64,000 nt of DNA from Camelus dromedarius (Eukaryota). The stretch lies in the NCBI RefSeq assembly GCF_036321535.1, contig NC_087436.1:35714001-35778000 (forward strand). The letters run 5' to 3'. Below the pieces are notes generated by a model. That model was given only the letters and a program-made list of their open reading frames with translations. It was not told the origin of the DNA and ran no database searches. Positions within the stretch are counted from its first letter, which is position 1. Each line of letters opens with the position of its first letter. The translations under genes were made by a program, and so were the position numbers. This document shows positions 50,871-63,432 of the stretch, one piece after another.

Positions 50871-51106
50871 TAGGAATGTAATGACAGGATGCGAAAAGAG
50901 AGATCTGTTCTTTGGAGGAACTTGTGATAAAGTGAGAAAAATCATAAATAAAGTAAATTACCTGGGAATGAGTATTAACCTGGATAGGAATAAATATATA
51001 CCTTCCAAACTGAAAATTCAGGAAATGGAGATTACAGAGCAATGGCAGTAAACTTTTATTGACGAGAAATCAATCATAAAATAAGCAAAGAGTTCAAATG
51101 CCTTAC

Positions 51107-51172
51107 CTGGTAATAAGAACTGAAATGATGAGGACCCCAGCCTAGGGTTCCACTACTTTGTGGCCTGGGTTC
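51107..51172 (-). other. Candidate exon (66 nt) of a minus-strand spliced transcript
   Basis: Strong acceptor 'ccacttccccttttctgtacag|G' and donor CAG|GTAAGG. Only phase 0 is open (EPRPQSSGTLGWGPHHFSSYYQ). Confidence 0.45.
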
Positions 51173-54100
51173 CTGTACAGAAAAGGGGAAGTGGCTCGTC
51201 TTTTTGAGTTTCATAGAAGAATAAATCTCAGAAGAAAAAGAGAAATTTCATCTCCTAAGGGTGGCAATATCTGAAATACAGAGCTAGGTGGGGTGCTAGT
51301 GCTGAAATTATGAAGGTTCCTTCCCCTCCAAAAAATCATTTTGCTCTCATAATTAGGAGGAGAAAAGAAGAGACCATGCAAGCATCACGCCTGTCTTGTT
51401 CACCACCGTGACTTCGGAACCTGGCCCACTGCCCATCTCCTGGCCCGTGTTTGCTCCCTCATCTCTACCTCCAGAAATGGTCACTTACTTCTCCAGAGAC
51501 TCAGTATTTCAATTTGCTTCTCTAAGAGAAGTCAGTGCGTTCTAGTTCCTTACTATGGCTGTGTAGAAGTTGGGTTTACAAAACATTTTTGCTGAATTGC
51601 TCAATTATTTAACATAATTACTGTATTCCACCTTTTAAAATTATTGTATTTTGTAAGTTTAATTTGTCACGTAGTAGAACTTCCTCTCCAGAAATTTTAA
51701 GTTATCAGTGGTTTACACAAGTTTCTTAAGTGTCTTGTTTTCTGTAATTTGTTCCTTTTTTGCCTTTTTCTTTAAGTCATAAAATAATTGTAAGTAAGCA
51801 TGCACAAGTGCAATACATGACACCAAATATGTTTTCTATTCCCCAATGAGCAGGAGAGATTCACTATCAAACACTTCAGTCCTCTTGACACTTTCAGCAC
51901 TTAATTCTAATTCCAAGTGAGTTTCTAAGCCTAAAATCTTGACCCTACCTTAAATGTTCCTTTCTCAATTGAGAACATAAAACAATTTGGCCAACATGCA
52001 GAATGCTAGGCTAGCTGTGATTTTGAAGAAGGAAAAAAATTTTTTAAGCCTGTGAGCCCTTAAAAGTGAAAGGTTTAAAATAATCACTTGCATCATTCAA
52101 TCTCCTATTTTTACTTTTACCCTCCTTTGCGGGGCAGAGATGCAGGCAGGACAGAGGTTGTATATTTCTTGGGTTCATCAGTATTGTGGTTTTAATACTG
52201 TTACAACTTTAAAAAGCTACTGTGCTTCTAAAGCTTCTGATCAGGGGCTTTTTGTCCCTAGAGTTTTAAAACTTAGGGCAAATGGTTTTCTCCAACGCCG
52301 CTTAACTCAAATATGAAACAGGAAACTGTGATGTCGTGTCTAGTAAACCATCAAAAGCACTCTGTTTAAAACAGAGAAATTAAGTGAGCTCATTGCTGCT
52401 TTCAAATACCTTACTTTTTGGCAGAACACTTATCTATCTAGGAGTCATTGTAAAAAGTTAATTAAATAAAATCAAATTAGGGTCGTCACTTCTTCCTAAG
52501 TGCCTCAGTTGTTTCAGCAAACGAGTTCTTTCATCGGAAAAGATGAAAGATGTCAGCGTTCTAGCATGAGGATGATACAAACTGAAGAAGTTATTTTGCT
52601 TATGACTCCAAAAGTTTCTTCAACCTATGGAACAAAAGAATAATAGAACTTGAACATTCTAATAGTATCGTTGGGGCAGGACTATGTTAACGTGGATAAA
52701 ACTTCGTGGAAGTACCCAGAGCTAATCACAACTGTGTGCAACCGGGCAGCCACTTAAGGAAAACAAAATATTTCTCTGAGGCTTTGACATGGTAAACATA
52801 CAAGTTCACTGTCTAAACATTAAGTCATATTTTAAATGGATACTTTAAGTAATCACTTCCTGTACAACCGGAATGAAATATACACTGATTTTAATGACGG
52901 TGATAATAAAGTTGGTTACATAATCCCAAGCCAGTGACCATGGGGAAAAACTATGAGCATTAGTCTTCGGAGACAAAGTTTCTTAAGGGAAATTATTAGC
53001 CCCATTAACGTGGTTAACATAAAAAGTAGGCGCCGGGCAAGAGAGGGAACAGTGACCTCGCTCTCACAGCAGAGCCGCGGTTGACATTTTCTTAAAAGTG
53101 CTTTCTTACCAGGATTATTTCGCTGTAATTATTGGCAATATCAAGTAATTATAGTTTATTTTAAATAAAAATCCTGTATTCTTGCCACCGAGCCTTTACG
53201 CCTTCACTGGTGACCCCAATTTTCTTAGTTTTCCTCCAATAAACGTGCCTAGCTAGTAAGTACTGGACAGCTATACAGGACAACCTTGAGTTTTTCCCTT
53301 CTTAACTCTCTGAAAAGACAGTTCACCTCTTAGATGATAGAAAAAACAGAAGTAAATGAAATAAAATACAAACTCTGGTTCATTTCAGAGTGACTATTTT
53401 CTGAAAGATCCCTCCGGTCTATACTGTATTTTGGAAACAAAATCTCTCTTCTAAAAGATTCAGTGAATAATAGAAGGGAGAAGAAAAGGAGAGGCATACT
53501 TCTGAAATGTCTAATTTTTTTTTTTTAAGAAGGTAAAGCAAGTAAGACATAGGTAAAGAGAGTATGCAGAGAATTGTTAAAGCCCCTTTGTAACTAAGCA
53601 CTGAGTAGCAGGATTGTGTGTGGTTTATATTTTCTGCTTCATGCTTTTTCTAAATTTTCAAAAACAGTGTTACAATAAACATATTACTTTTATCAGCAGA
53701 AAAGAGACTTAAGTGCTTTCCTATTTCCGGTTGCCAGGTCAGCCTCCTGATCCAGCTCTTAGTGGAGCTCAAGAGCTTACACTTTTTGTTAAGCCCACAG
53801 CCCTGGCACAGCGCTGCACACGGTCTGGGCGTGCAGCAAGTCTGGGCTGACGAACTAATTGATGTAGGGCTCCTTCACCTTTGTACACCTCTGCACTTAA
53901 AACACTGTTCTCCAGGGTGTCTAAACACACTTAGAAAGAGCTGCTCTGGTTTTAAGCGGTATATAAATTCTCTACTAAAGCAACTTCTCCATATTCATCA
54001 TCTCTAAAGAGCAGATGAGTAAGGTGACATTTTCATGCTGCTAGCTAGAAGTGGCTTGGAACAAAAAGCCACTAACTTTGGGTTTAGAGTTATGTTCACT

Positions 54101-55849
54101 CTAAAAATAAGTTACTTGGGGATCTCAGACATGACCCAGTCTTCAGATTTTTATCAAGAGCGCTCCCGACACATTACAATTATGGATGTAAAGTTTAAGT
54201 ATTAAAATTGAGATTTTTTTTTTCCCCAAACGAAGCCTCCACCTTCTTTTGGCAACAATGGCGGGAAAGAGATGGCCATAATCTCCTCAAGGACAGAGCT
54301 CCCCCACTGGCTTTTTATCCTTAGTGGGTCAGCCCGTATGTGGGGCAGACTAAGTATTTTATAACTGCTGAAGATTGAATAAATCAATTAGCCTGTCAGC
54401 ACGGCTATAAACCTACTTTGTCATGAAGTGGACATAATATGTTTCAGGAAGAGGGTAGTCTAAAAAATTATTTATTCAGGGTAGAGTATTAAAATAAAAA
54501 CCCTATCACTGCCAAATATACAATAAAAGGAAGGACAAGATACACTGTTTTCTACACCATGTCAGGCATCTAAGACCATTTCATAAGAGTATCTGTAGCT
54601 AATGATGAAATATGATGGCAAAACTTTTTAAGCTGGCATTATTTTAACAAATAGGTGGATTCTAGAGTTGAATGTAGAGAACATAAAAAATTATCTTGAA
54701 TAAGTATCAAGTGATGAAAATTGTTCCCCTCATAAAACAGATAGAGATATAATAAATGCACCCTTAAGCAAACTGCATGGCTTAAAGTGACACAGTTTCT
54801 TTAGCATCTCTAAGGAGGGCTTTCTTGCTTATCCATCAGTGTTTTAATACTATTTGTTTTTCTTCTACTTTTTAAAAGTTTTGTGCTCAGTCATATATGT
54901 GACCCAGATATTCAATGCCACCTTGCTGATGCTAAGACAGTTATTGTATCCATAAAACCACTGCACAGTGTCTAAATCAGCAGCTGAATATGTTCTTCTA
55001 CCTTTTATCAGCTCTAAAAAAATGCAGAGCAAACATTATCTATTGTTAATTACCTGTAAAGTAGGGCTTTAGCCACTTCCCCTGTTTCTAAGAGCCCTGA
55101 AGTGAAACCTAAAAGAAGTCACCCATTGTTTTCCACTGTGCAAGGGCCAGGAGCAAACAGGGCTCAAATTGCAGCTCTGAAAGGCCACAGGAAATTGGCA
55201 TACCACTAATCTGCACTCAACTATTCAGAGAAACAAAGCCCACATTCCTGCTGAAAAACGCACCAGCAGAAACCCAAGGCAGATCTGTTCAGTAAGGACC
55301 ACGGAATAAATCTGCAGAAATAAAAGTGTTAATTAGAGTGCCATGAGACCTGGCTCTAGTTTCCTAGCTCTGAGAGTAACAGGCGTCATTTAGATTTCTA
55401 CACAGTCTTCCCAATTTTCCCCCAAAATGAGACTATAGAATTAGAATCCTTTCCACTTAATAATTTGAGCAGGGATGGGGCTGGAGGTGACAATGTTATC
55501 AGAGGCCAACGATTCACTACAGATAGCTGAGTTATAGTAAACTAGTATAATAAAATAATCAAAATCTAAAGCAATTTAAATGTGCTTTGTGTATTTGGGC
55601 TACATACATTCCTTGTAAATGCAACAACATTTTTTCTAAACCATAGGAATGGAATGCAATTAAGAAATTGGCCAGATTATCTTTCATAAAACACAGCACA
55701 ATTTAGAATGAAACTCCCTCCAAAATCCAAGCATGAAAGTAGGCATTGTTTTTTTCATCTGGATGCTTCACCACAGCAAAAGTCATGGGTAGAACACTGA
55801 TAGGCTGGTGTGGCAGACCCACTTATTCTTACACAGGGGGCAGAATGAA

Positions 55850-56030
55850 CTGACAGTAAGGGAAGTTAGGTCTTAACCTTACCAGGAAATGGGAAAACCA
55901 TGTTTCTTCCTTGTGTCAAACTTCCTCATCTATAAAACTGGGCTAATAATTTGGTCCCTCCTCATCTCACAAGCTTGTTGAAATACCATAATTTTATATA
56001 CCTTGATACTTACAAAAATGTTATGTTCAA
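55850..56030 (+). mobile_element. MIR fragment
   Basis: 'cttcctcatctataaaactgggctaataat...ctcacaagcttgttg'. Confidence 0.65.
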
Positions 56031-56866
56031 TTGTAGGATTTGAGAAAGAACTTAAATTGCATAGTATCATAAATCTCTGCAAAGAGCATTCAAAAGCATG
56101 CAGAGCCATTGTACATTTGAAAAAAGGGATGCTTTGAAGAGTTTCGTGCCCAGGCCAAGTTCAGCCAGAAGAGTGAGCAACTGTTTCATGTCCAGGAGAA
56201 AGAGCATTATTAGCACCTAAGGAGCTGAGAAGGGTTCTGGCATCCTCCAAGCCTCCCAAGTCAACTCAAGACGAGTTGCTCCTAAGGAAACTTCTACTCT
56301 TAATAGAAAGGACCAAGTGGTTTGCATTTTGAGTAACTAAGAATAGACAGGTAAAATGAAAGAGTAAGTAATTCTAGGTACTCCCATGTCAGGACCTGTC
56401 TAGGATGTCAGAGAGAGTGCATTGCTACAGCAGGAGGAAGGTAGGATGATTCAATGACCTCTAGTGTCTGTCCCTTCTAGAGCCCGGACTTTACACCCCC
56501 AGTTCTTAAAACTATTCTCTTCTGGAAACTTGAACATTATCAGTGATATTACCAAAATTCTCTGCAGCAAATAATTCCATAATTTCTTAGAACTCTGTTT
56601 GCTAGTATATGCAAGACTAAGACAAATTAAAGCAAGTTACAGATCACATCAGAATATATATTTTATTAATATAGTAAATGTTCCTCTGGTTAGAAAAACA
56701 AGATATAAATATGGGCTTTTACGACTTGATTGGAAAATGCAGGAAAATATATAAGTATTCTGACTGACTTCTATGTGCCAAGCACCTTTAGGGTCCAGGT
56801 AAATCAACAACATAATCTCAGTCTCAAAAGAATTACGATACCAAAGGAGAAACAAGACATAAACTT

Positions 56867-57356
56867 TGGACGGTGGCAGAAAATGCCACCCCAAAATATG
56901 CCACTTTAGCATAAGGATTATATTGAGCTAAAAGCACTGAAGGACAGCAGGTCCAAGAAGGGAGCTCTGACCTCCCCTTTTCTTTCTGAAAGCAGGAGAT
57001 AAAACTCCCATGTGAAAGATGCCCTCCCTGTGCCGGGAGGAAAGGAACATTCTTATCGCCAGAGACAGAGTGAGGTCGAGACAACTCTGTACAAACAGAC
57101 TTTGTTAAAATATCTCAACTTCCTTTAGTCTCTTCGTATACTTAGTTACTTCTCCACAACTGTGTCTCTTTGTTCACTCTAGTCTATAAACACTTAGGCT
57201 TGGCCACATCTTTGGGTCTTCATTTTCCTATGGGGTTCCCAGGTACATGTAATAATCTGTATGCTTTTCTCCCGTTAATCCATTTTATGCCAATTTAATT
57301 CTCAGACCCAGCGAGAGACCTTAAGATGGTAGCAGTAAAGTTTTGCCTCCTCTCCA
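56867..57356 (+). mobile_element. ERV1 solo LTR (MER34A-like), inserted in an L2 remnant
   Basis: 'aaatgccaccccaaaatatgccactttagcataaggattatattgagct...tgtatgcttttctcccgttaatc...ttttgcctcctctcca', with TG...CA ends and a near-TSD actt/acat. Confidence 0.85.
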
Positions 57357-58874
57357 ACATTAAAAAGTAGACATTAAAAGTAATGAGCAGTTTATACAAT
57401 GCTGTTACTAAAGAATTTCTGGGAGAGATTATTTTGGCATGACTTAGAGAAGTAGGGTTTAAACCCAGCTATAAAAGAATAGGATTAAAAAGGTAAAGGC
57501 AGTCCCTAAGGTCAGGATTTGAAGGCGTGATTCAGGGACAGAGAGCGAACCAATTCCACTGGATAGAAGATTCATGTTGCAGAAGAGCAGGAGAGAAGGG
57601 CGAAAGGGCAGGCTGGGAGTCCGAGAGCACAGCCGTGAGTGCCCAGCGCACGCGTTTTATCTTAAACCCATAGTTAATGTGAAGAGTGATGGCAAGGGGA
57701 GAGGACAAGGCAGACGGGAAAGAGAAAACGTGCGGCTTCCAAAAGACGTGCAGTCTGATGGACTGGAAAAGATTAATTTTTAATATGGTTATTTGTTATG
57801 CAGTCATGCTGTGTAGGCCAGTAACATCATATGATAAATGACACAAATGTTTCCAAGTGTAAATCATCATATTCCAACGAGGCAGCCACCAGCAGACACA
57901 CATTTTCCATTGGGTCAAAAGGACCCAACATTTTATTTGCACACAAAAATACAGTTCTGTGTTTTTTCCCCTTGAGAAACTGTCCCATAGGTAACATCTG
58001 AACAGCCTGTCGTGAAATCACCACCCTGCGCTCCGCGCTGGCTGCGGTTGACTTAGTCATTTGTTGTGCCGTAGGAAGGAGGTGACAGTTACTGCTTGGA
58101 TACGTTTGTAGGGCATAACCTCAAAGGAACTTCCTCACGCTCTATAGTAGAAAGGAATAAATGTTTGTTTTGAAGATAAGCATGGGTAAGTGGGAAAAAA
58201 TGCTCAAGGGCAAATACTTCTGGAAAAAAATGCTTTATGAAAGAATGTTGGGTTTTTTTTTTTTTTTTTTTCAAGAAAGGCAAGTTCCAGCAGACCTTTT
58301 TTGTTGTTGTTGTTCAGGAGAACTGCCTCCTTTTCTTCTTTCCAAAATTTGCCAGATTTTACAATCCATATGAAGCATATTTTCCCTAAGGATTAAGATC
58401 TTCCCCCCAATTAAAATTTGTGCTTAAGAAATTAAGGGACTACATAGTACCTACTTCAGTGCCAAGGAGAAAAACAATCGCTTTGTCTACACAGGACATG
58501 AAGAAGTGTGGACTTGCACACTTGGCTTTTTTTTTTTTTTAACTAAACTTTTGAAATCAAGCAGTGCCAGCTTCCCTCAAATTCAAGTTATTCTGCTTTA
58601 TAATGATCACCTCTCAAAAAAGCATTTCCAAGCCTCTACATGTGCCACATACCACCTATCAAATGTAGAAAATGTTTAACTCCAATGTTCTCATTTACAA
58701 GCATTTCAAACTGCAAGGGGAAAAAAATGACCAATTCCAAAATCCAAATTATTCTGTTCTTCATTTTGTGCAGCTTCTGCAAGAATTTGGGTTTCATTAA
58801 GCCAGCCTATTGCTATGGTATATTCTATTTAGGAATTCTACGTCAAACTCCCAGGCTTCAAGTAGAGGCAAGGT

Positions 58875-59080
58875 CTATATAATGGAAATAGTATAGGAAC
58901 TTTAGAAGTAGTTTTCACATCTTCTTCTCATTCAGCTGGTTCACTTTCCTATCAGCTGTTTATCCATAAGTCATTTCATCTCTCTGGGGTTCAACTTTCT
59001 TTACTTTAAAATGAAGGAAAGGAACTAAGGAGTCTTGAAGGTCCCTCCCAGTTCTGACTTTGAGAGGCTTCCCTACTCTC
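58875..59080 (+). mobile_element. MIR3/MIRc-like fragment
   Basis: 'aagtcatttcatctctctgggg...aaaatgaaggaaaggaactaag...gaaggtccctcccagttctgac'. Confidence 0.65.
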
Positions 59081-59729
59081 TAATCATAATTCCCAATCAC
59101 TTAATATATGTATTCCCCAACCACCCTTCTTCCTTTGACCATCATTGTCACTACCTTCTCTGAGTTTGACAGAGAAAAATACAGAGAATGAGGGAAAATT
59201 GAAGTTGTAAATAGTGTTTTTAAGATACTCCAAGGCTTCCAAATGTAATGTCTGGGGTGGGGTGGGGGGCGTAGAGGGAGGGGTGGGGGGTGTTTTAATG
59301 TTTTCTGATAATCAGGAGAAAATGGTTGGCTTGCTGAAATTCTTATTCTTGAATTTGGTATTTCTGACAACAGAGTTCAGATACGTAATTCACTTTTCTG
59401 GGTGATATACAGTGAACTCTGTCTAGGGAGCTGGGTGGAAGAAAGAATTAATAATTAAGTTTGTTTGATTTTTCAAAGCCTTTGATTCTCTTTTCTGCCT
59501 TCCGTCCACTTCATTACTCATTAACTGTTCTGGGAAAGATGTGTGCTAAGGGGAAGAAAAGATTCTCCAACCTGCACAATTAGTAGAATGTTCAGTGTGG
59601 AAAATTTTGGTCTCCTTATGCATTTATTTATACAAATGTCCCCTCTGCCTTTAAGTTACCAGGTACCAGGTACGTACGGACCAGTTATGAGTCGGTCCAG
59701 TGATTAGTCACTTAGATCCCTCCTCCCTC

Positions 59730-60340
59730 ATCTTCCTCAACCAATCATCTCAAACCCATCCTTCCTTTCAGTCTCCACTGTCCCTGTCACATTAATCACC
59801 CTGACCATTCTATTAACCAACTAGCTGGTCTCCCTCTTGGATGGCAGTCTGTCCTCCACAGTGCTACCTGAAGAATCTTTGAACTCTCATCTGGTCATGC
59901 CACTCTCCCGTTTATAACCTGGCCTGTCCGTGACTCCTTATCGCTCACAGGAGAGCACTCAAACCTCCCAGCTTGACATTTCACTTTCCATGACTGGCGC
60001 CTGTCCTTCCCACAGACCCCCTCACATGCCAAACATTCTAAATTACTTGCAATTTTCCCACCATGCCAGGATCACTCCTACTAACACGCCTTTGTACTCA
60101 TCTGAAATGCTTCTCTCTCCCTTGTGCACCTGACGAATTGCCTCTCATCTTTCATGTCTTCTCTATGAAGCCTTCCCCAACTTGCAAAGACAGATGTGGC
60201 TGCCTCCTCCCAGAGTGTTTCCACAGCCCCAGTTACCAACCGATACCAATCACATGCTTAAAAACTTATGAATTACTAGTCAAAGACTGGGATCCTCAGT
60301 ACCTAAAATATTATCGTTAAATAAATGATTAAATGGTTGA
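59730..60340 (+). mobile_element. L2 fragments
   Basis: 'tctcatctggtcatgccactctccc...tcccaac...ctatgaagccttcccca...aaataaatgattaaatg'. Confidence 0.65.
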
Positions 60341-61999
60341 CAGAGTCAAGCAATTCTTATTTTCTCTCAAAATTGCCAATATTGCTGACATTAGAAACAG
60401 TATCAAAGACTCTGCAGAAACAAAAATTCAATTCATTAATCTAAGCATCTTTCTTACTCTGAAGCTTTTAAATCTAGCAAGGCAAGCAACAACAAATATT
60501 ACAGAGCTCCCACTCTGCTGTAACAAGCACTGTTCTAGGTATTAGACAGTAAGAAGTCAAACTGATAAATTTTAGTTTCATCTTTGTTTTATTTTATCTT
60601 CTCTAATTGGATTGTGTTTCTGGTACTGCTAAAGGGCAAAAGCCAAAAAATGGCCAAAGGCAGATACAAAGAGGAAATTACAGGTAATTCCAAAAGCAGG
60701 TTTATAAACCACAAAGTAACCGGTGAGAACTCCACAGTCTCTAAATAACTCTGTCACCAGCAGTTTTCTTTATAAAGATAGGCTTCTCTACATTTGAAGA
60801 AGGTGGCAGATTCAGGGTGGCCCAAAAGAATAAAATTATTTCTGTTAAATAATCAAATTCATTCACAGCTTCTACTGCACATTTGCAACATACAAACTCT
60901 GTGAAAGAGACAGGACCAAGATCTTGGACCCAATCCCTTTGCTTTTCGAAGTGCCTCCAAAGTGTGCAAAAGCTTAAAGAAGGGAATGTGGAAAGCAGAA
61001 AGTCTTTTGGCTCTGTGTATTATTTTGACTGAATTGACTGGTTAATCAATTTTCATGAAGATATTTTCTTTATTTAATAACAGATTTTGTTAACAGACCA
61101 TTTGTGCTATAAATGGAGCACTTCCCATTTGAAAAAAATTCTACTCCATTAGTTCATTCCTTTTTAAGAAATCTTACATTTTTATTGGATCTTAATTACT
61201 TAATTTATAATCCACTAACTTAAAAACAAGTTAAAGTGTCTAAAAACATCCTTTCCAAACATAAACACCAGCCTCTAAATTTTCCTCTCCATCTGTGGCA
61301 TTTTAATACCTAAATTAACAACTCTTCTAACACACTGGACTGTTTTCTCCTCCTCTTCATCCTTTGCTCCCCAAATGTCCTCTCTACCTCACCTCCCCAA
61401 GCACAGAGAAACCCCAGATTTCCTCAGCATTTGAAAATGGCCCACCTTCTAAGATCTGACTTGAAAATTCTCTGTCCTTAACAGTCTACCTTTGCTATTT
61501 CCATACTCTCTATAAGCCTGCATTTCATCCTCAGTGGAACCTTCATCCAATTCTTCTGGCCAGCCATTTCAGTAAATACTCAGACTACGGCCCTAAAATT
61601 CCTCTTTGAAATTCACTGTTTCTTAATGGTCCCTTATTCTCTCTCTGCCTTAACTGCCCCTCTAACCAGCTGCAAGGACTGTCTTGATAAAATCTGAAAA
61701 CCACTTAGTGGCCCACGAAAAAATTCCCGGTTTGCTTCATCAGTTCCCACTGACAATGCATTAGCATCTGCACCTCTAGCCATTCTAGACTCTGCTCCCA
61801 GGAACCAGGAACCAGTCTCAGTTTCTGATGCGTCCTAACGTTCAAGAGAAGACCATCCTCTATTTACCAAAATCACGGTGCATTTCTACAACTTCCCTCT
61901 TAAATTCCCATTGTTTTTTTCTTCTCTTTTCTTCTTTCCTCTGGGAGAAGAACCATTCTTGAGAAGGTTAAAATGCCCCTTTGTGCTCCCTCTTCCGGA

Positions 62000-62875
62000 A
62001 TTGTGTTCCCTCAGCTCTTTCCTCTGCCCCATCTCTCCATCGCCCTTGTTCTCATCCGACAAAAAGGCACAGGTTTCTGTTACTCTAAAAATCTTCCTCA
62101 GCTGTTACCTGCCTCTAGTTAGTTTCCTATCATCTCAAAACCTCTAGAGTAGTTTAAAGCTGTTACCTGCATGTACTCACCACCCACGCATTTCCTGATC
62201 CCATGCGATCTGGTTTTTATTACAATTTCTCCTAAATAGTAAAGACCAAATTTAGCTGGGAGTCTGCACAGCTTCTGACATTTAGTTACTAATTTCCATC
62301 TTGAAAGTCTTCTCTGGATTCTAAAACATACCAGCCTTTCGATGCCTATGTTTCTTTGACCACCCTTCTGGCCTACTGGCTCTAAATCCCCATTCTGCTC
62401 CCTAAACCAAAGTATGTTCCTCAAGGTTTTGTCCCTAGCCTGCTTTTAATTCCATTCTTTCCCTTAGGAACCTAGGCTGCAGATTCCCCATCACCCTCAT
62501 GTGGGTGACAGACCATCACCCACCTCTCAAACTTCAGACTTTTTTCTCAGTAACCTACTGGCAACTCACCTGCCCTTTAAGAGTTTATCCCAACAGAACT
62601 CATAACTTTCTCACCCCACATACCTCCTAAGCTAATTCCACCCATTTCTTTTAACAGACCTATAATTTTCAATGCTTTCCTCCGTCTCAGACCCACACAC
62701 AAATAACCGCAGTCCTACAGACTTGCCATTTGTGACCCCTTCTTCCCGTTCCTACTGACCTCCAAGCTAGTTCTGACCCTTCGCGCCTCCACCTTTCTTT
62801 TTCTAAATTGGTCTCCTTACCTTAATATCTGCCATTTTAATCTCCCGCAATTCTTCTACACATACCTACAATCCC
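62000..62875 (+). mobile_element. Degenerate L2 body
   Basis: 'ttcctcaaggttttgtccctagcc', 'ctctcaaacttcagact' and 'ctaaattggtctcc'. Confidence 0.55.
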
Positions 62876-62879
62876 ACAC

Positions 62880-63025
62880 AGAGGGACTGGCTGTGTCTTA
62901 GAATCATCTGGGGTGCTTCTAAGACAAACAAAAGCCAAAGCCTCACCCAGGACACAAGTTTTGTTTGTTGTTGTTTTACTCCCAGATGATTTTAACCCAC
63001 AACTAAAGTTGAGATCCACTGCTAG
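62880..63025. mobile_element. MER5-like hAT MITE fragment
   Basis: 'ttagaatcatctggggtgcttctaa...ctcccagatgattttaac...aaagttgagatccactgcta'. Confidence 0.7.
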
Positions 63026-63314
63026 CCAAACTGGAACTCACTTTTCTTAAACACACACCTTGCTTTCTTACATCAAATTTCTTCAGCTAGTTTGGTCTGA
63101 CTCCTTTCTTTTGGTACTTATTCCTATGCCTTGGACTACCATTAGTCCACTGTGCTTTAACAAATTTGTTAAACTGATAAATTAACCTGAAACTTTGCTT
63201 CAAACCCTCCCCTTACCCATCAACCAACCTCTCCTCTCTTCCAATCATTTACCACAGGTACATATGCAGCGAGCAGTTTTTTTTTTTTAAGTTTACTTTA
63301 TTTTGGCAACTAGA

Positions 63315-63432
63315 TCATGACTTTAGGTAAGTAACCTCTCTGAACCTGGCTTTCTCATCTCTAAATTTTAAAAGATGGATTAGATGACCTCTAAGTTTCT
63401 TCCTACTACTGAAATTATGATTCTATGATTAT
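63315..63432 (+). mobile_element. MIR3/MIRc fragment
   Basis: 'tgactttaggtaagtaacctctctgaacct...ttctcatctctaaa...ggattagatgacctctaag...attatgattctatgatt'. Confidence 0.75.

Noticed and set aside
51489..51521. 33-nt minus-strand micro-exon (ttctcttag|...GAA|GTAAGT)
   Set aside because: Short pyrimidine tract, the branch-like CTGAC is too close to the AG, and there is a stop in phase 0. It cannot be separated from chance.
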